Below are positions 9,276 through 18,751 of a stretch of DNA of 64,000 nucleotides, one piece after another (the stretch's first letter is position 1; each line of letters starts with the position of its first letter). Location: the IMG/VR virus record IMGVR_UViG_3300045988_158233, one strand, 5' to 3'. Below the pieces are notes generated by a model. It worked only from the letters and a program-made list of their open reading frames with translations. It ran no database searches and had not been told where the DNA came from. Both the position numbers and the translations under genes were made by a program. This DNA is from a virus (Duplodnaviria; Heunggongvirae; Uroviricota; Caudoviricetes).

Positions 9276-10616
9276 ATGACCGAACTTTGCCATACAGGAC
9301 GCGGGCTGTCCGAAGAGTTTGATGAAGATTTCCAGAACAGACTGACGGCATATTTTTGTCGTGATCACGAGTTTCTTACTCGTGCGGGAGATCTGGTTGT
9401 GCCTAGCCAATTTGCCAATGCGGCCAATGCCATATTGGTTAATATGGTTTCGGGCTATTACCGTATGTACAAGAGCGCGCCCTCTTCATCTGCAATTCTG
9501 GATATGCTTAAGCGTGCGAAACGCGATAAGACTATCCGTGAGGAACTATTCGCCGATGTTGTTGCTGCGTTTAAGCGCATCCTTGCAGAAAAATTGTCCG
9601 ATACCTCGTACATGGTTGACCAGGTATCAACCTTCGCAAAAAGCGTAGCGTTTGATGATGCTCTGATTAAGGCTGCTGAACTGAAAGAGAAAGGCGACTT
9701 TCAGGGGGCGATGGCAATCATGGCCAAGGTTCAGCAGATTGGATCGAACGAAGCGACCGGAATCTATGACTACTACACCTCCGCAAGTGAGCGATTGAAA
9801 GCGCGTGAATATGAGGCTTCAGAGGAGTATGTGCCAAACAGCATTACAACTGGACTCCCTCTGCTCGATAGGTTGTTGTACCAAAAAGGCTGGGCGAAGC
9901 GTGAAATGGTGCTCTTCATGGGGTTCGCTAAATCCGGTAAATCGACCGCAATGGGTGAGTTTTCCATAAACGCAACGCTTGCTGGCTACAATGTTCTGTA
10001 TCTCTCGCTGGAGGTTCACACCACCATTTTATCCGACCGTTTTGATGCAAGATTGTCGGAGACAGAAATGTCCAAGCTAGTGGAACGGCGCGATGAGGTT
10101 CATCGTAAGTTGGCAGAGTTGGGAGCCACGAAGGGGATTGGTAGTTTGTGGGTGGTTGAGCGTCCGTCAGGAAGTATGTCACCGGCAGATCTGGACCGTA
10201 TGCTTAACAGCATGAAAGCCAACGGCATGGTGCCTGACATGGTTGTTGTCGACTACGCAGATTTGATGCGTGCCAGTTATGACCTTCGTGATGATCGCGC
10301 CAACATTCGTAGTATCTACACCGATTTACGTGCTCTTTATGACAAACATAACGTTGCTGGAATCACGGCATCGCAGACAAACCGTGAAGGTGGCGCGTCA
10401 GAAGTTGCCACAATGATGCACGCCGCCGACAACATCGAAAAAGTACGTATTGCTGACCTGGTAATAACGATCAACAAAACCGAAGAAGAAGAAGCGAAAG
10501 GAGAGGCTCGTCTCTACTTTGCTGGTTCACGTAACCAGCAGGGAGGGATCAGCATTCGCGTTAAACAAAACCTCGAACAAATGCGCTTCATTGAGCGAAT
10601 CTTAGACGTTACCTAA
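9276..10616 (+). CDS. DnaB-like replicative helicase (RecA-fold ATPase domain)
   Basis: 446 aa; Walker A GFAKSGKSTAMGEF in the C-terminal half, Walker B-like VVVDYADLM; conserved AAAGGAA-N-CACATG start context. Confidence 0.7.
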   Translation: MTELCHTGRGLSEEFDEDFQNRLTAYFCRDHEFLTRAGDLVVPSQFANAANAILVNMVSGYYRMYKSAPSSSAILDMLKRAKRDKTIREELFADVVAAFKRILAEKLSDTSYMVDQVSTFAKSVAFDDALIKAAELKEKGDFQGAMAIMAKVQQIGSNEATGIYDYYTSASERLKAREYEASEEYVPNSITTGLPLLDRLLYQKGWAKREMVLFMGFAKSGKSTAMGEFSINATLAGYNVLYLSLEVHTTILSDRFDARLSETEMSKLVERRDEVHRKLAELGATKGIGSLWVVERPSGSMSPADLDRMLNSMKANGMVPDMVVVDYADLMRASYDLRDDRANIRSIYTDLRALYDKHNVAGITASQTNREGGASEVATMMHAADNIEKVRIADLVITINKTEEEEAKGEARLYFAGSRNQQGGISIRVKQNLEQMRFIERILDVT

Positions 10617-10698
10617 AAAATAAGCGTGGAGAACACCTCCACGCTTGATTCATTGGTGAAACAACTTTTCTTTTGCCAAACCACAAAAGAAAAACACA

Positions 10699-11879
10699 TG
10701 AGCCTTTATGTTATATCAACATTTAGGTTGGTCACAATATTGCCTGTTAAAAGTGGAATTATCGTGAGCGAGCTGAAAGAGCTAATTACCGAATTAGATT
10801 TTGAACAATGGTTGGACACTGAAGGTATCGTTTATCGACGTGGAGGCGTGAGTGCTCGCGGTCGTGAAGTGAATATCAAGGAGTGTCCGGTATGCGGCAG
10901 CTCCAACTGGAAGGTATATTTCAATCTGACCAGTGGCGTCGGCAAATGCTTCGCTGGTGATCATCCCGAAGAGATTCAGTTCAATAAGCTGGTCTTCCTC
11001 AAGCACTACAGCGGTAAATCACGACGACAGTTCGAGGAATATGTGCAGAACGCTCTTCTTTCCCAGGGGTGGGCACCAAAGAAAGAAGAGATAGTGCTTA
11101 CAAGCACAGTCGAGTTAGAGGGACCACTTGCACTCCCTCGTCATTACGAACTTCCTATAGATGGCCGTCTTCCAGACTATCTGGTTGAACGAAACATATC
11201 GCCTGAAATGGCAAAGTATTTTGACCTACGATACTGCGTCGAAGGCAAGCACGCTTATGTAGATCCGTATACAGATCAGGTAAAAGGACAGATATTCGAT
11301 ATGCGAGTACTGATACCGGTTTACGATCTGGATGGGGTAATGAAGACATTTCAGGGACGAGACATTACCGGTACAGCAGACCGCCGCTACCTCTTTCCTA
11401 TGCAGCTTCCAGCTTCAGGTAAGTTTCTCTACAACGGCCATAATGCAGTTGGCAAACAGACTGTAGTTGTCTGTGAGGGGGCGTTCGATGTTATGGGAGT
11501 TAAACGAGCTATTTTTGACGAAGAAACATTACGTGATTACGTGGAACCAATAGGAACGTTCGGGATGCATCTATCTGGCAACACCACTCAGGATGCAGAA
11601 GATCAGCTGGGCGCGTTCCTGACGCTCAAGGCGCGTGGATTACGTAATGTGATCATGATGTGGGATAGTGAAAAGCAAGCTATACGCAACACTATGGCCG
11701 CAGCCAGGCGACTCACAAGTATTGGTCTTAATGTCAAAGTTGCGTGTTTGGGCGAGGAAGGACTCGACCCCGGCGATGCGACACCGGGGCAGATTATCAA
11801 AGCCTACTATTGCGCAAAACCTTATTCACGACAGCTTGAACTCTTAAGCAAGGTGAAAGGCATTGCAGCACTAGTTTGA
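10699..11879 (+). CDS. DNA primase (zinc-ribbon + TOPRIM)
   Basis: Zinc-finger CPVCGSSNWKVYFNLTSGVGKCFAG and TOPRIM-like VVCEGAFDVMGV. Start placed at the ATG preceded by AAAAGAAAAACACATG rather than the longer track ORF start 10626. Confidence 0.65.
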
Positions 11880-13016
11880 ACCAGTATTAGTCACATACAC
11901 ATTGACCGAAAATGATTTAACTTCTGTATTGAAGTTGTCAGTCATTACCGCGAGGTAGGCATTCTTGGTATCTCTGAATTGCTTCAGGATGATTTGAACG
12001 TTATCGGTGCAAACAAACGAGGTAGCCAGATTGCCTCCTTTCTCTGAAAAATCCTTCAGGAAGGTGCAGTCAACTTTGCCATCATTAGCGGTGAAGGTAG
12101 CATCATCACCCTGCCAGGTAAATGTAGCGTTAACGCCCTTATCAATGGATTTAGCAATAAGTCGCTGGGTGGCGGATTTTGTTTTGGCTTTGGAAGCCGG
12201 CGCTCGATATTTGCCGCTTTCTTTCAGTTCTGCAATGTAATCGCAGCCTCTTTTTTCTCCTTTATCGCAAGCAGTCTGATAAAGGTCGGCTGCTTTTTTA
12301 TAGTCCTTTTTTACACCTTCCCCATTCTCATACATAATGCCAAGATTGGTTATGGCGTCGGCGTTTCCAAGTTCCGCTGCCTTTTTATACCACTTAACTG
12401 CTTCTGCATCATTGCGTTTAACGCCTAACCCATCATCGTATAGTATTCCTAATCCTATCATAGCTTCTGAACTGCCTTGGTCTGCCGCCTTTTTGTAATA
12501 AGTAAAAGCCTTTTTATAATTCTTTTTAACGCCTTTACCATATTGGTAATACGCCCCAAGAACTGAAGTTGCTTTAACATACCCGGCATCAGAGGCTAGT
12601 TTGAAGTATTTAATGGCGAGTGCATGATCTACTTTACCAAGCATCCCCTTTTGATAAATAGCACCAAGATTGTTGTAGGCTCTACCTTCACGAGCATCCC
12701 CCGCAAGTTTGTAGTACTCAACAGCTTTATTTAGGTCTTTATCTACACCCTCGCCAAATGTGTACATAACTCCAAGTGCATAATATGCTACTTTATCTCC
12801 CTTTTCTGCAGCTAGATCAATCCACTTCTTGGCCTCAACTACATCCTTATCAAAACCATTGACACCATCAAAATAATTTGTACCTAACTCACTTTGTGCT
12901 GCGGTATCCCCTGCGGTAGCGGCTTCTATCAGCGTTTGTTTATTGTCTGCGTTAACGAATCCAGAGTTAAAAAGCAAAGTTAATGCCAGCAACGATGAAG
13001 ATTTTATGTATTTCAT
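11871..13016 (-). CDS. Secreted Sel1-repeat (TPR-like) protein
   Basis: Signal peptide MKYIKSSSLLALTLLFNSGFVNA, then about eight ~36-aa repeats of the form A-x-YY-LG-MY-x-GEGV-KD-x-KA-x-x-WYKKAA; C-terminal ~100 aa non-repetitive. Start trimmed to the Met at the signal peptide. Confidence 0.75.
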   Translation of the reverse strand: MKYIKSSSLLALTLLFNSGFVNADNKQTLIEAATAGDTAAQSELGTNYFDGVNGFDKDVVEAKKWIDLAAEKGDKVAYYALGVMYTFGEGVDKDLNKAVEYYKLAGDAREGRAYNNLGAIYQKGMLGKVDHALAIKYFKLASDAGYVKATSVLGAYYQYGKGVKKNYKKAFTYYKKAADQGSSEAMIGLGILYDDGLGVKRNDAEAVKWYKKAAELGNADAITNLGIMYENGEGVKKDYKKAADLYQTACDKGEKRGCDYIAELKESGKYRAPASKAKTKSATQRLIAKSIDKGVNATFTWQGDDATFTANDGKVDCTFLKDFSEKGGNLATSFVCTDNVQIILKQFRDTKNAYLAVMTDNFNTEVKSFSVNVYVTNTGSN

Positions 13017-13249
13017 GTTTTTTTTTCTGTTGATATAGGATGAACAGTTTAGACGCGGCAAGCGTCAAGTGTGCGAAAAAGGGTACTTAAATTTAGTTAA
13101 TATGTCAGCTTTGTTGATTTAGTTTATGGTCGGTAAAGTTACTGGGAAACTAATAACCATAAGAAATAGTACGCCATTTAATTATTGTGGCACTGCTCGT
13201 GTTTTGATTAACTAATACCTGCGATAAATATAAATAAAGGGAAGCCAAC

Positions 13250-13663
13250 ATGAGCAAAAATAAGCTGATTTTAACAGGAGCTTTATTGTCTTTGTTTGCT
13301 TTAGTGGGGTGTAAGCCTACAGACGAGAAGGCTATTGCTCTGGGCCAACAAGCAATTGCGGATGATATGAAAGATCCCACGTCGGTGATGTTTAGGAAAG
13401 ATAAGTTTGTCAGGACTGATCATGACGATGGGAGTGTGACAGGCTTTGTGTGCGGAGAATTGAACGCCAAAAATGGCTTTGGTGCATACGTGGGCTATCA
13501 CTCATATGTTGTTGAACTCGAAATGAAACCAAAGGGCATGTTTTCGAAAGGGGTGGTATACAAAATCCTATCGAAGTCGTTGGCACCTAATGATCCTCAT
13601 GACTTACAGCGTTATAAGCAGGTCTACAGAAAGATGTGCAACAGTGAGGCTGTAGCTCATTAA
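13250..13663 (+). CDS. Lipoprotein, function unknown
   Basis: MSKNKLILTGALLSLFALVGC: signal peptide with lipobox LVGC; 137 aa; divergent from the Sel1 gene. Confidence 0.6.
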   Translation: MSKNKLILTGALLSLFALVGCKPTDEKAIALGQQAIADDMKDPTSVMFRKDKFVRTDHDDGSVTGFVCGELNAKNGFGAYVGYHSYVVELEMKPKGMFSKGVVYKILSKSLAPNDPHDLQRYKQVYRKMCNSEAVAH

Positions 13664-13670
13664 TGGTGAA

Positions 13671-13696
13671 TGCCGGGCAGACTATAAGCCCGGCAT
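13671..13696 (+). terminator. Hairpin after the lipoprotein gene
   Basis: tgccgggc-agactataa-gcccggca inverted repeat. Confidence 0.45.
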
Positions 13697-13788
13697 CTTC
13701 GTATAGGGAACTATTGCGCCTAAAATGATAAGTAGATACATACTTAGTTTTTTGTAAGAATACTTTCATCTGTTAGCTAGGAGTTGGT

Positions 13789-14565
13789 ATGAAAGACGAA
13801 ATTCAGAAATTGGCCTGTGACATCATTGATAAAACAGGTTTAGAAATCAGCGAGGGCAGTCGACTAGACATCATTGGAAAGGCCGTCAATACAGCAATGA
13901 ATCATATCGCTGCTCGTATGGACGAGATCCCGCTACCAGGGTTGCCTTATCTGAAAGTTGAGTTACACGTATGGGGCGAACCTTCTTGTGCACGGCGTTC
14001 TGCATTAGTTGTTTTTATTAGCAAAGAAAACCCGCTCAGTCTTAAAGTGCAGGTTGGAGCATGGCTTGATGGCAGAGTGATCTACACAAATACCGTTTTT
14101 TGTCTTTCAAACGACGAAACTATTGAAGCGGCCATTCAAGAAGCAGTTCTAGCAATGCGCAGCAGCGGTTTGATGAAGAATAACTACGAAGAGTACTTGC
14201 GTTCGATAAGTGGTGAAAAGACATTATCTCTGAAAGCAGATTTCGTTACCCCGAAAAATCTGTTGGAAGTTTTGATTAATAAAGGGGCTAATAGTGCCGT
14301 AAATGTAATCAGAGAGAGTGAATACGCGTCTCTTTGGGATATGTGCAAAAGCCAGTTGGATCTTGTGCATATCGTTGTTGATGCGGGGAAGGCTTGTGAT
14401 GGCGTAATGGCGGAATTTGCTGGGAAGATGGTCAGGATTGCTAACGAATTACCGATGATTAAGCAAGAGGCTAAATCATACGCCACCAATCATGTCACAG
14501 AGCTTCTTGCCCCTTATCGCTTAGAAAGCGATCAGCGCAAGATGATTAGCTGGGGAAGTTGGTAA
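13789..14565 (+). CDS. Hypothetical protein
   Basis: 258-aa ORF. Confidence 0.45.
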   Translation: MKDEIQKLACDIIDKTGLEISEGSRLDIIGKAVNTAMNHIAARMDEIPLPGLPYLKVELHVWGEPSCARRSALVVFISKENPLSLKVQVGAWLDGRVIYTNTVFCLSNDETIEAAIQEAVLAMRSSGLMKNNYEEYLRSISGEKTLSLKADFVTPKNLLEVLINKGANSAVNVIRESEYASLWDMCKSQLDLVHIVVDAGKACDGVMAEFAGKMVRIANELPMIKQEAKSYATNHVTELLAPYRLESDQRKMISWGSW

Positions 14566-14632
14566 GCTCTCTGTGTGTCGTTTTTTACGCAAATAATGAT
14601 AGGTAAGCACAAGATTATTTCTGGCGGTAATT

Positions 14633-15103
14633 GTGAAAGCTGATTTGTCAAAAATCCCTTCTATTTCAGGAAATAACGGTTATTCACTTCGTTGTGAGGA
14701 AGTAAAGATAAACGGTGAGTCGGCATATTGCAGCTATTCCGTTTGCCAGCACACCATTCTTGCCTTCAAAGAAAACCGTCTTCCTCGAACTTCTTTCCAG
14801 TCGTGCGCAACCGCTATTAAAGCAGGCAAATGCAAGGCGTTAAAAATGATGGTTGAAGAGATTCGTAAAGGAGAATCTCTGTATTTCGAAGATATGACCG
14901 CACTCATTAAGGAGGTTGAAGAACGGAATAAACAAGCCAGAACTATAAAACGAAAACGTGACAGTGTAACGATTAGTAGCATGGTTAAGAAGAGCGCCAC
15001 ATCACAAACAGCGATCACTGACGTGTATGCGGCGTTGCTTGAAGAAACAACAAAAGAAACACATGAGCAAATCGATCAACATATGGAGGCAAAACAACAA
15101 TGA
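14633..15103 (+). CDS. Hypothetical protein
   Basis: 156-aa ORF; stop overlaps the ligase start. Confidence 0.4.
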   Translation: MKADLSKIPSISGNNGYSLRCEEVKINGESAYCSYSVCQHTILAFKENRLPRTSFQSCATAIKAGKCKALKMMVEEIRKGESLYFEDMTALIKEVEERNKQARTIKRKRDSVTISSMVKKSATSQTAITDVYAALLEETTKETHEQIDQHMEAKQQ

Positions 15104-16422
15104 AAAAGTTGATCGCACTTAAGCATAAGCTGGACGAAATGAAAGCTATGGGAACCAATGCAAAAAAAGAGGCATTGGCCAACATGGATGACTTTGAACA
15201 AAGCATGGTTTCATTGATGCTCAACCCTTTCATCCGTTTTGGGGTAAAGAAATACAAAGTGGCAGAGCCGCTTAGTGAGTCCGTCCCAAGTGACGAAAAA
15301 GCCATTGATGTACTGAATAAGCTGGCCTCTCGCGAGCTGACGGGGAACGCAGCAATAGCAGCTGTTGAGTCTATCGTGGCGTCAATGTGCGCCGATGGGC
15401 AGGACGTGTTCCGTCGTTTCCTCTTAAAAGACCCGAAAGCAGGTGTTGGGATTAGCCTATGCAACAAGGTTTTTGAAAATCCCATTCCGAAATTCGAGGT
15501 GCAGCTGGCGTCACCGTATAAAGAAAAAGGCGACAAATACCCCTTCAAGCCAAATCCTAAAGCAAAATGGCCGATGATTGGCAGTCTTAAGCTCGATGGT
15601 TTGCGAGTAATTTGCGAGGTTATTGTTGACGAGGAAGAGGTTAACTTCCTTTCTCGTACTGGTAATCCAATCACGTCTCTCGATCACCTAAAGCCAGCAA
15701 TGCTCGAATTAGGCAAACTTTCAGGCCACAAACACATCTTCTTCGATGGTGAAGGAACAGCCGGTTCATTTAACCAGTCTGTATCTGCATTGCGCAAAAA
15801 GAACGTGCAGGCAATTGGCGCTATTTATCATGTTTTCGACTTCTTCCTACCGGAATGGCGGGCACAGGCTAAATCCAAAGAGTATGCAAAGACAGGTATG
15901 AAGCTGAAAGAGCGCCTGGCTATGCTGGTGGCGTTGTTTAAAAACGATCGCAGTGAAGGCTACGCACAAGACATTCACCTGCATCCGTTCTATATCATCC
16001 ATAGCCACGAAGATTTCATCGAACGCTTCATGAAACGCCTAGACGATAACGAAGAAGGGGAGATGGGCAAAGATCCGAACTCTGTTTACGAGTTTAAACG
16101 TACCCGCAGCTGGTGGAAGTTAAAAGACGAAGATTCAGAAGATGGTGAAATTATCGACTTTGAGCCGGGCGACCCGGACTCTGGTTTTGCCAACACGCTT
16201 GGAAAAATTGTTATTCGCCTTGAAAACGGTGTGATTGTTCGTGCGAGCGGCATTAAGCATAAATATCTGGACGAGATCTGGAACAACAAAGAGAAGTACC
16301 GTGGTCGTATTGTCGAGGTTCATTGTCACGAGAAAACGCCGGATGGCAGCTTACGCCACCCACGACTGAAATGGCCGCGTTGCTTACGCGATACAGAAGA
16401 TCGAATCGGAGATAAAGAATGA
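15100..16422 (+). CDS. ATP-dependent DNA ligase
   Basis: 440 aa; adenylation motif I KxDG in IGSLKLDGLRV. Confidence 0.75.
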   Translation: MKKLIALKHKLDEMKAMGTNAKKEALANMDDFEQSMVSLMLNPFIRFGVKKYKVAEPLSESVPSDEKAIDVLNKLASRELTGNAAIAAVESIVASMCADGQDVFRRFLLKDPKAGVGISLCNKVFENPIPKFEVQLASPYKEKGDKYPFKPNPKAKWPMIGSLKLDGLRVICEVIVDEEEVNFLSRTGNPITSLDHLKPAMLELGKLSGHKHIFFDGEGTAGSFNQSVSALRKKNVQAIGAIYHVFDFFLPEWRAQAKSKEYAKTGMKLKERLAMLVALFKNDRSEGYAQDIHLHPFYIIHSHEDFIERFMKRLDDNEEGEMGKDPNSVYEFKRTRSWWKLKDEDSEDGEIIDFEPGDPDSGFANTLGKIVIRLENGVIVRASGIKHKYLDEIWNNKEKYRGRIVEVHCHEKTPDGSLRHPRLKWPRCLRDTEDRIGDKE

Positions 16423-16581
16423 TGCTCGGCTGGATGATTGCATTTTTAGCAGTTGGTTTTTTCATAGGTATTGTGGTGATGTCCAGTTGCATCAATGACT
16501 ACATTAAAAGCGGTGTTATAGAAAGACGCGGTCGTATTTATCGCATTGTAGAAATAACCAACACCCAGAAGGAGATTAAGG

Positions 16582-16797
16582 ATGATCGTATTAAGTAAAC
16601 GGGAGAAGGAAACGCTTCATGAAATCAGTAAGTGGCCGGAGTTCCCTGAGTACTGGAAGCCTAAAACGCGAGCTAAGTTAGAGCGTTTAGGGTTGGTTGC
16701 AAACGTTTCTGAAACGTGGTGTTCGGCCAACTACCAGTTAACTGATAAAGGGAAAGTATTGCTACAGCAATTAGTAGAATCAGGAGTGTTAAAATGA
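16582..16797 (+). CDS. Hypothetical small protein
   Basis: 71-aa ORF. Confidence 0.3.
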   Translation: MIVLSKREKETLHEISKWPEFPEYWKPKTRAKLERLGLVANVSETWCSANYQLTDKGKVLLQQLVESGVLK

Positions 16798-16942
16798 TTC
16801 CATACATCTCATTAGCTTTTATGGGTGGCTTCCTTATCGGCTTCGGCATCTGTCGTGATTTAATTAAGCAGGAACTTAAAACCAAAACACTGTGCATCGG
16901 AAAGCGTGTGTATCGGGTAGTTCATGAAACAAAGGTGAAAAA

Positions 16943-17233
16943 ATGAGCAATTTAACTTCTTGGGAATGGTGGTTGGCCACCTATTTCTTAGCGGCCGGAG
17001 TCGCATTCGCCTTTTACGTAGGTCAGTTAGTCGTAAAACTGTTGCTGATTAAATTTGCTAGTCATAAACGTATCGATGATGGTCTGTGGCGTCTTGGCAC
17101 CCTGGTGGAAACTCGCTACGGGCAACTTAAGGAGAACGAAACCATTACTATCCAGGCGAAACGATTCACTGCCACCATCACAAGAACACCTAGTCGTAGA
17201 GTGGCCTTGATCAAAAAAGTCACAACCGAATAA
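16943..17233 (+). CDS. Hypothetical small membrane protein
   Basis: 96-aa ORF with N-terminal hydrophobic segment WWLATYFLAAGVAFAFYVGQLVV. Confidence 0.3.
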   Translation: MSNLTSWEWWLATYFLAAGVAFAFYVGQLVVKLLLIKFASHKRIDDGLWRLGTLVETRYGQLKENETITIQAKRFTATITRTPSRRVALIKKVTTE

Positions 17234-18008
17234 AAACATCACGATAAGTATTTACTTACTTATCTTTTATGTATAAGATGACTTTGTTTTCGTTGAGACG
17301 CGACTGTTTGAACTTAAATACAAGTGCAAACGAAGAAGTCTATCTGGCAGTAGCCTAATAAGCCAAACACCAGCGAGGTCAGTTTCCAGCCTCGTTACCG
17401 AAATGGGACACACTGAGCGAGTGTGATTGCAGAACGCAGGAGGGAACATTCATGTTCCCTCCGATGAAGTAACAGAATGGGCGGTTGGTATATTTTCAAC
17501 TCCATATGACTCCCGGATTCTTAGCCACTGACCGCCCATCCTGTTACGTCATTTTGTTCAATTATGTCGTTTATACTGGGTTAAAAAGCGGCGACGTAGC
17601 CCGGCTGGTATGGTTAGCCAGCACACAACGTTGAGGCCATTACATTTTTATCAATTCTAAGGTTCTATTCACAGAGATACCGGCGAGCGTTGATATGTAA
17701 CATGTTGGGCAAACATTCAATCGGAGTAGTGGCCTCAACGTTGTGAAGACAGGATTGTTGTGTAGGTTTAACCACTGTTGCCATTGGTGCCTGTTTTCAC
17801 AACAAATGATTCCATACATCACATTGTATAAATTACAAAGTAGGTGCTGTCCTCAAAAACATCATCTACTTAAAGATTTTGCCTACTATTGAGCGAAGTC
17901 GAAAGCGTCTGGCACTAACGAAAAGTGCAAGTAGCGGTGCGTTTCCTGGCAGAAACTAAACCGTCGCGATTGGCACTGTTGAGTAATAAATACTGGCAGT
18001 GTCGAATT

Positions 18009-18083
18009 GATGGTGTAGCTCAGCGGTAGAGCAGTTGGCTGTTAACCAACTGGTCGGTGGTTCGAATCCACCCACCATCGCCA
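18009..18083 (+). tRNA. tRNA-Asn (anticodon GTT)
   Basis: Manual fold: acceptor gatggtg/caccatc, T-arm ggtgg-ttcgaat-ccacc, anticodon loop ctGTTaa, 3' CCA encoded. Confidence 0.75.
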
Positions 18084-18088
18084 ATTTA

Positions 18089-18175
18089 GGAGAGTTAGTC
18101 CGTAGAGGTAGCGGGGTAGACTGTAAATCTACTGTCATTGCGACTCGGGTGGTTCGACTCCATCACTCCCCACCA
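18089..18175 (+). tRNA. tRNA-Tyr (anticodon GTA), class II with long variable arm
   Basis: Manual fold: anticodon stem gtaga/tctac with loop ctGTAaa, long variable arm, T-loop ttcgact, 3' CCA; one A-C mismatch in the acceptor stem. Confidence 0.65.
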
Positions 18176-18179
18176 AATT

Positions 18180-18255
18180 GCCGGTTTAGCTCAGTTGGTA
18201 GAGCGCCTGCCTTGTAAGCAGGATGTCAGCGGTTCGAGTCCGTTAACCGGCACCA
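18180..18255 (+). tRNA. tRNA-Thr (anticodon TGT)
   Basis: Manual fold: acceptor gccggtt/aaccggc, anticodon stem cctgc/gcagg with loop ctTGTaa, T-loop ttcgagt, 3' CCA. Confidence 0.75.
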
Positions 18256-18479
18256 ATACAACGATAAGATCATTACGGTTAATCGTCGTTCATGTGCACA
18301 ATGACTGGTCGAAAGGTAGTGATCTTACCGTTGTGGTGGATTCGCAGACTGATGCGATAGCTTTCTTGGATGTTAGGGAAATGCGGCCGCAAATCTTCCC
18401 TTTCGCGAGCGGTGATCGTCCGTAGTCCTAATTGGCTGCACCGTATGCCGGAGATTCAGTACCGGCTATCACAACGGCC

Positions 18480-18566
18480 GGAGAGTAGGGAGCATGGTGC
18501 TCAAGCGGTCTTGAAAACCGTCCCATTGCGCAAGCGATGATGGTTCGATTCCATTACTCTCCGCCA
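18480..18566 (+). tRNA. tRNA-Ser (anticodon TGA), class II with long variable arm
   Basis: Manual fold: acceptor ggagagt/actctcc perfect, anticodon loop ctTGAaa, long variable arm, T-loop ttcgatt, 3' CCA. Confidence 0.7.
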
Positions 18567-18722
18567 GACACAGCGTTGAGCGGTTTGGCCTTTTAATCAA
18601 CTCGATTAAGACTCCGCTAACATAAACCAGACCGCTCAACGCTGTGATAGACAATTACGGCAGACGTTCTTAACCATAGCTTGCTAACATCCTAGCAACA
18701 CTTTTTTTTCAGCGCAAAATTC

Positions 18723-18744
18723 AAAGGGGCTTCGGCCCCTTTTT
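18723..18744. terminator. Bidirectional rho-independent terminator
   Basis: aaaggggc-ttcg-gcccctttt, flanked by A-run on one side and T-run on the other; separates the tRNA cluster from the convergent minus-strand gene. Confidence 0.7.
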
Positions 18745-18751
18745 GGCTGGG

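Noticed and set aside
9361-9648. 95-aa + strand ORF in an alternative frame within the helicase gene
   Set aside because: Embedded in a different frame of a gene with clear Walker motifs; no independent support.
12007-12240. 77-aa + strand ORF opposite the Sel1-repeat gene
   Set aside because: Antisense to a gene with strong repeat and signal-peptide evidence.
16794-16945. Short ORFs beginning MIPY at each ATGATTCCATAC copy
   Set aside because: Only the first four codons are shared and downstream sequences are unrelated, so conservation is at the DNA-site level. Kept as a DNA motif finding, not as peptide genes.
18035-18654. Track ORFs 18035..18217, 18138..18425 and 18469..18654
   Set aside because: They overlap well-folded tRNA genes and the post-tRNA hairpin; the translations are artefacts of tRNA sequence.
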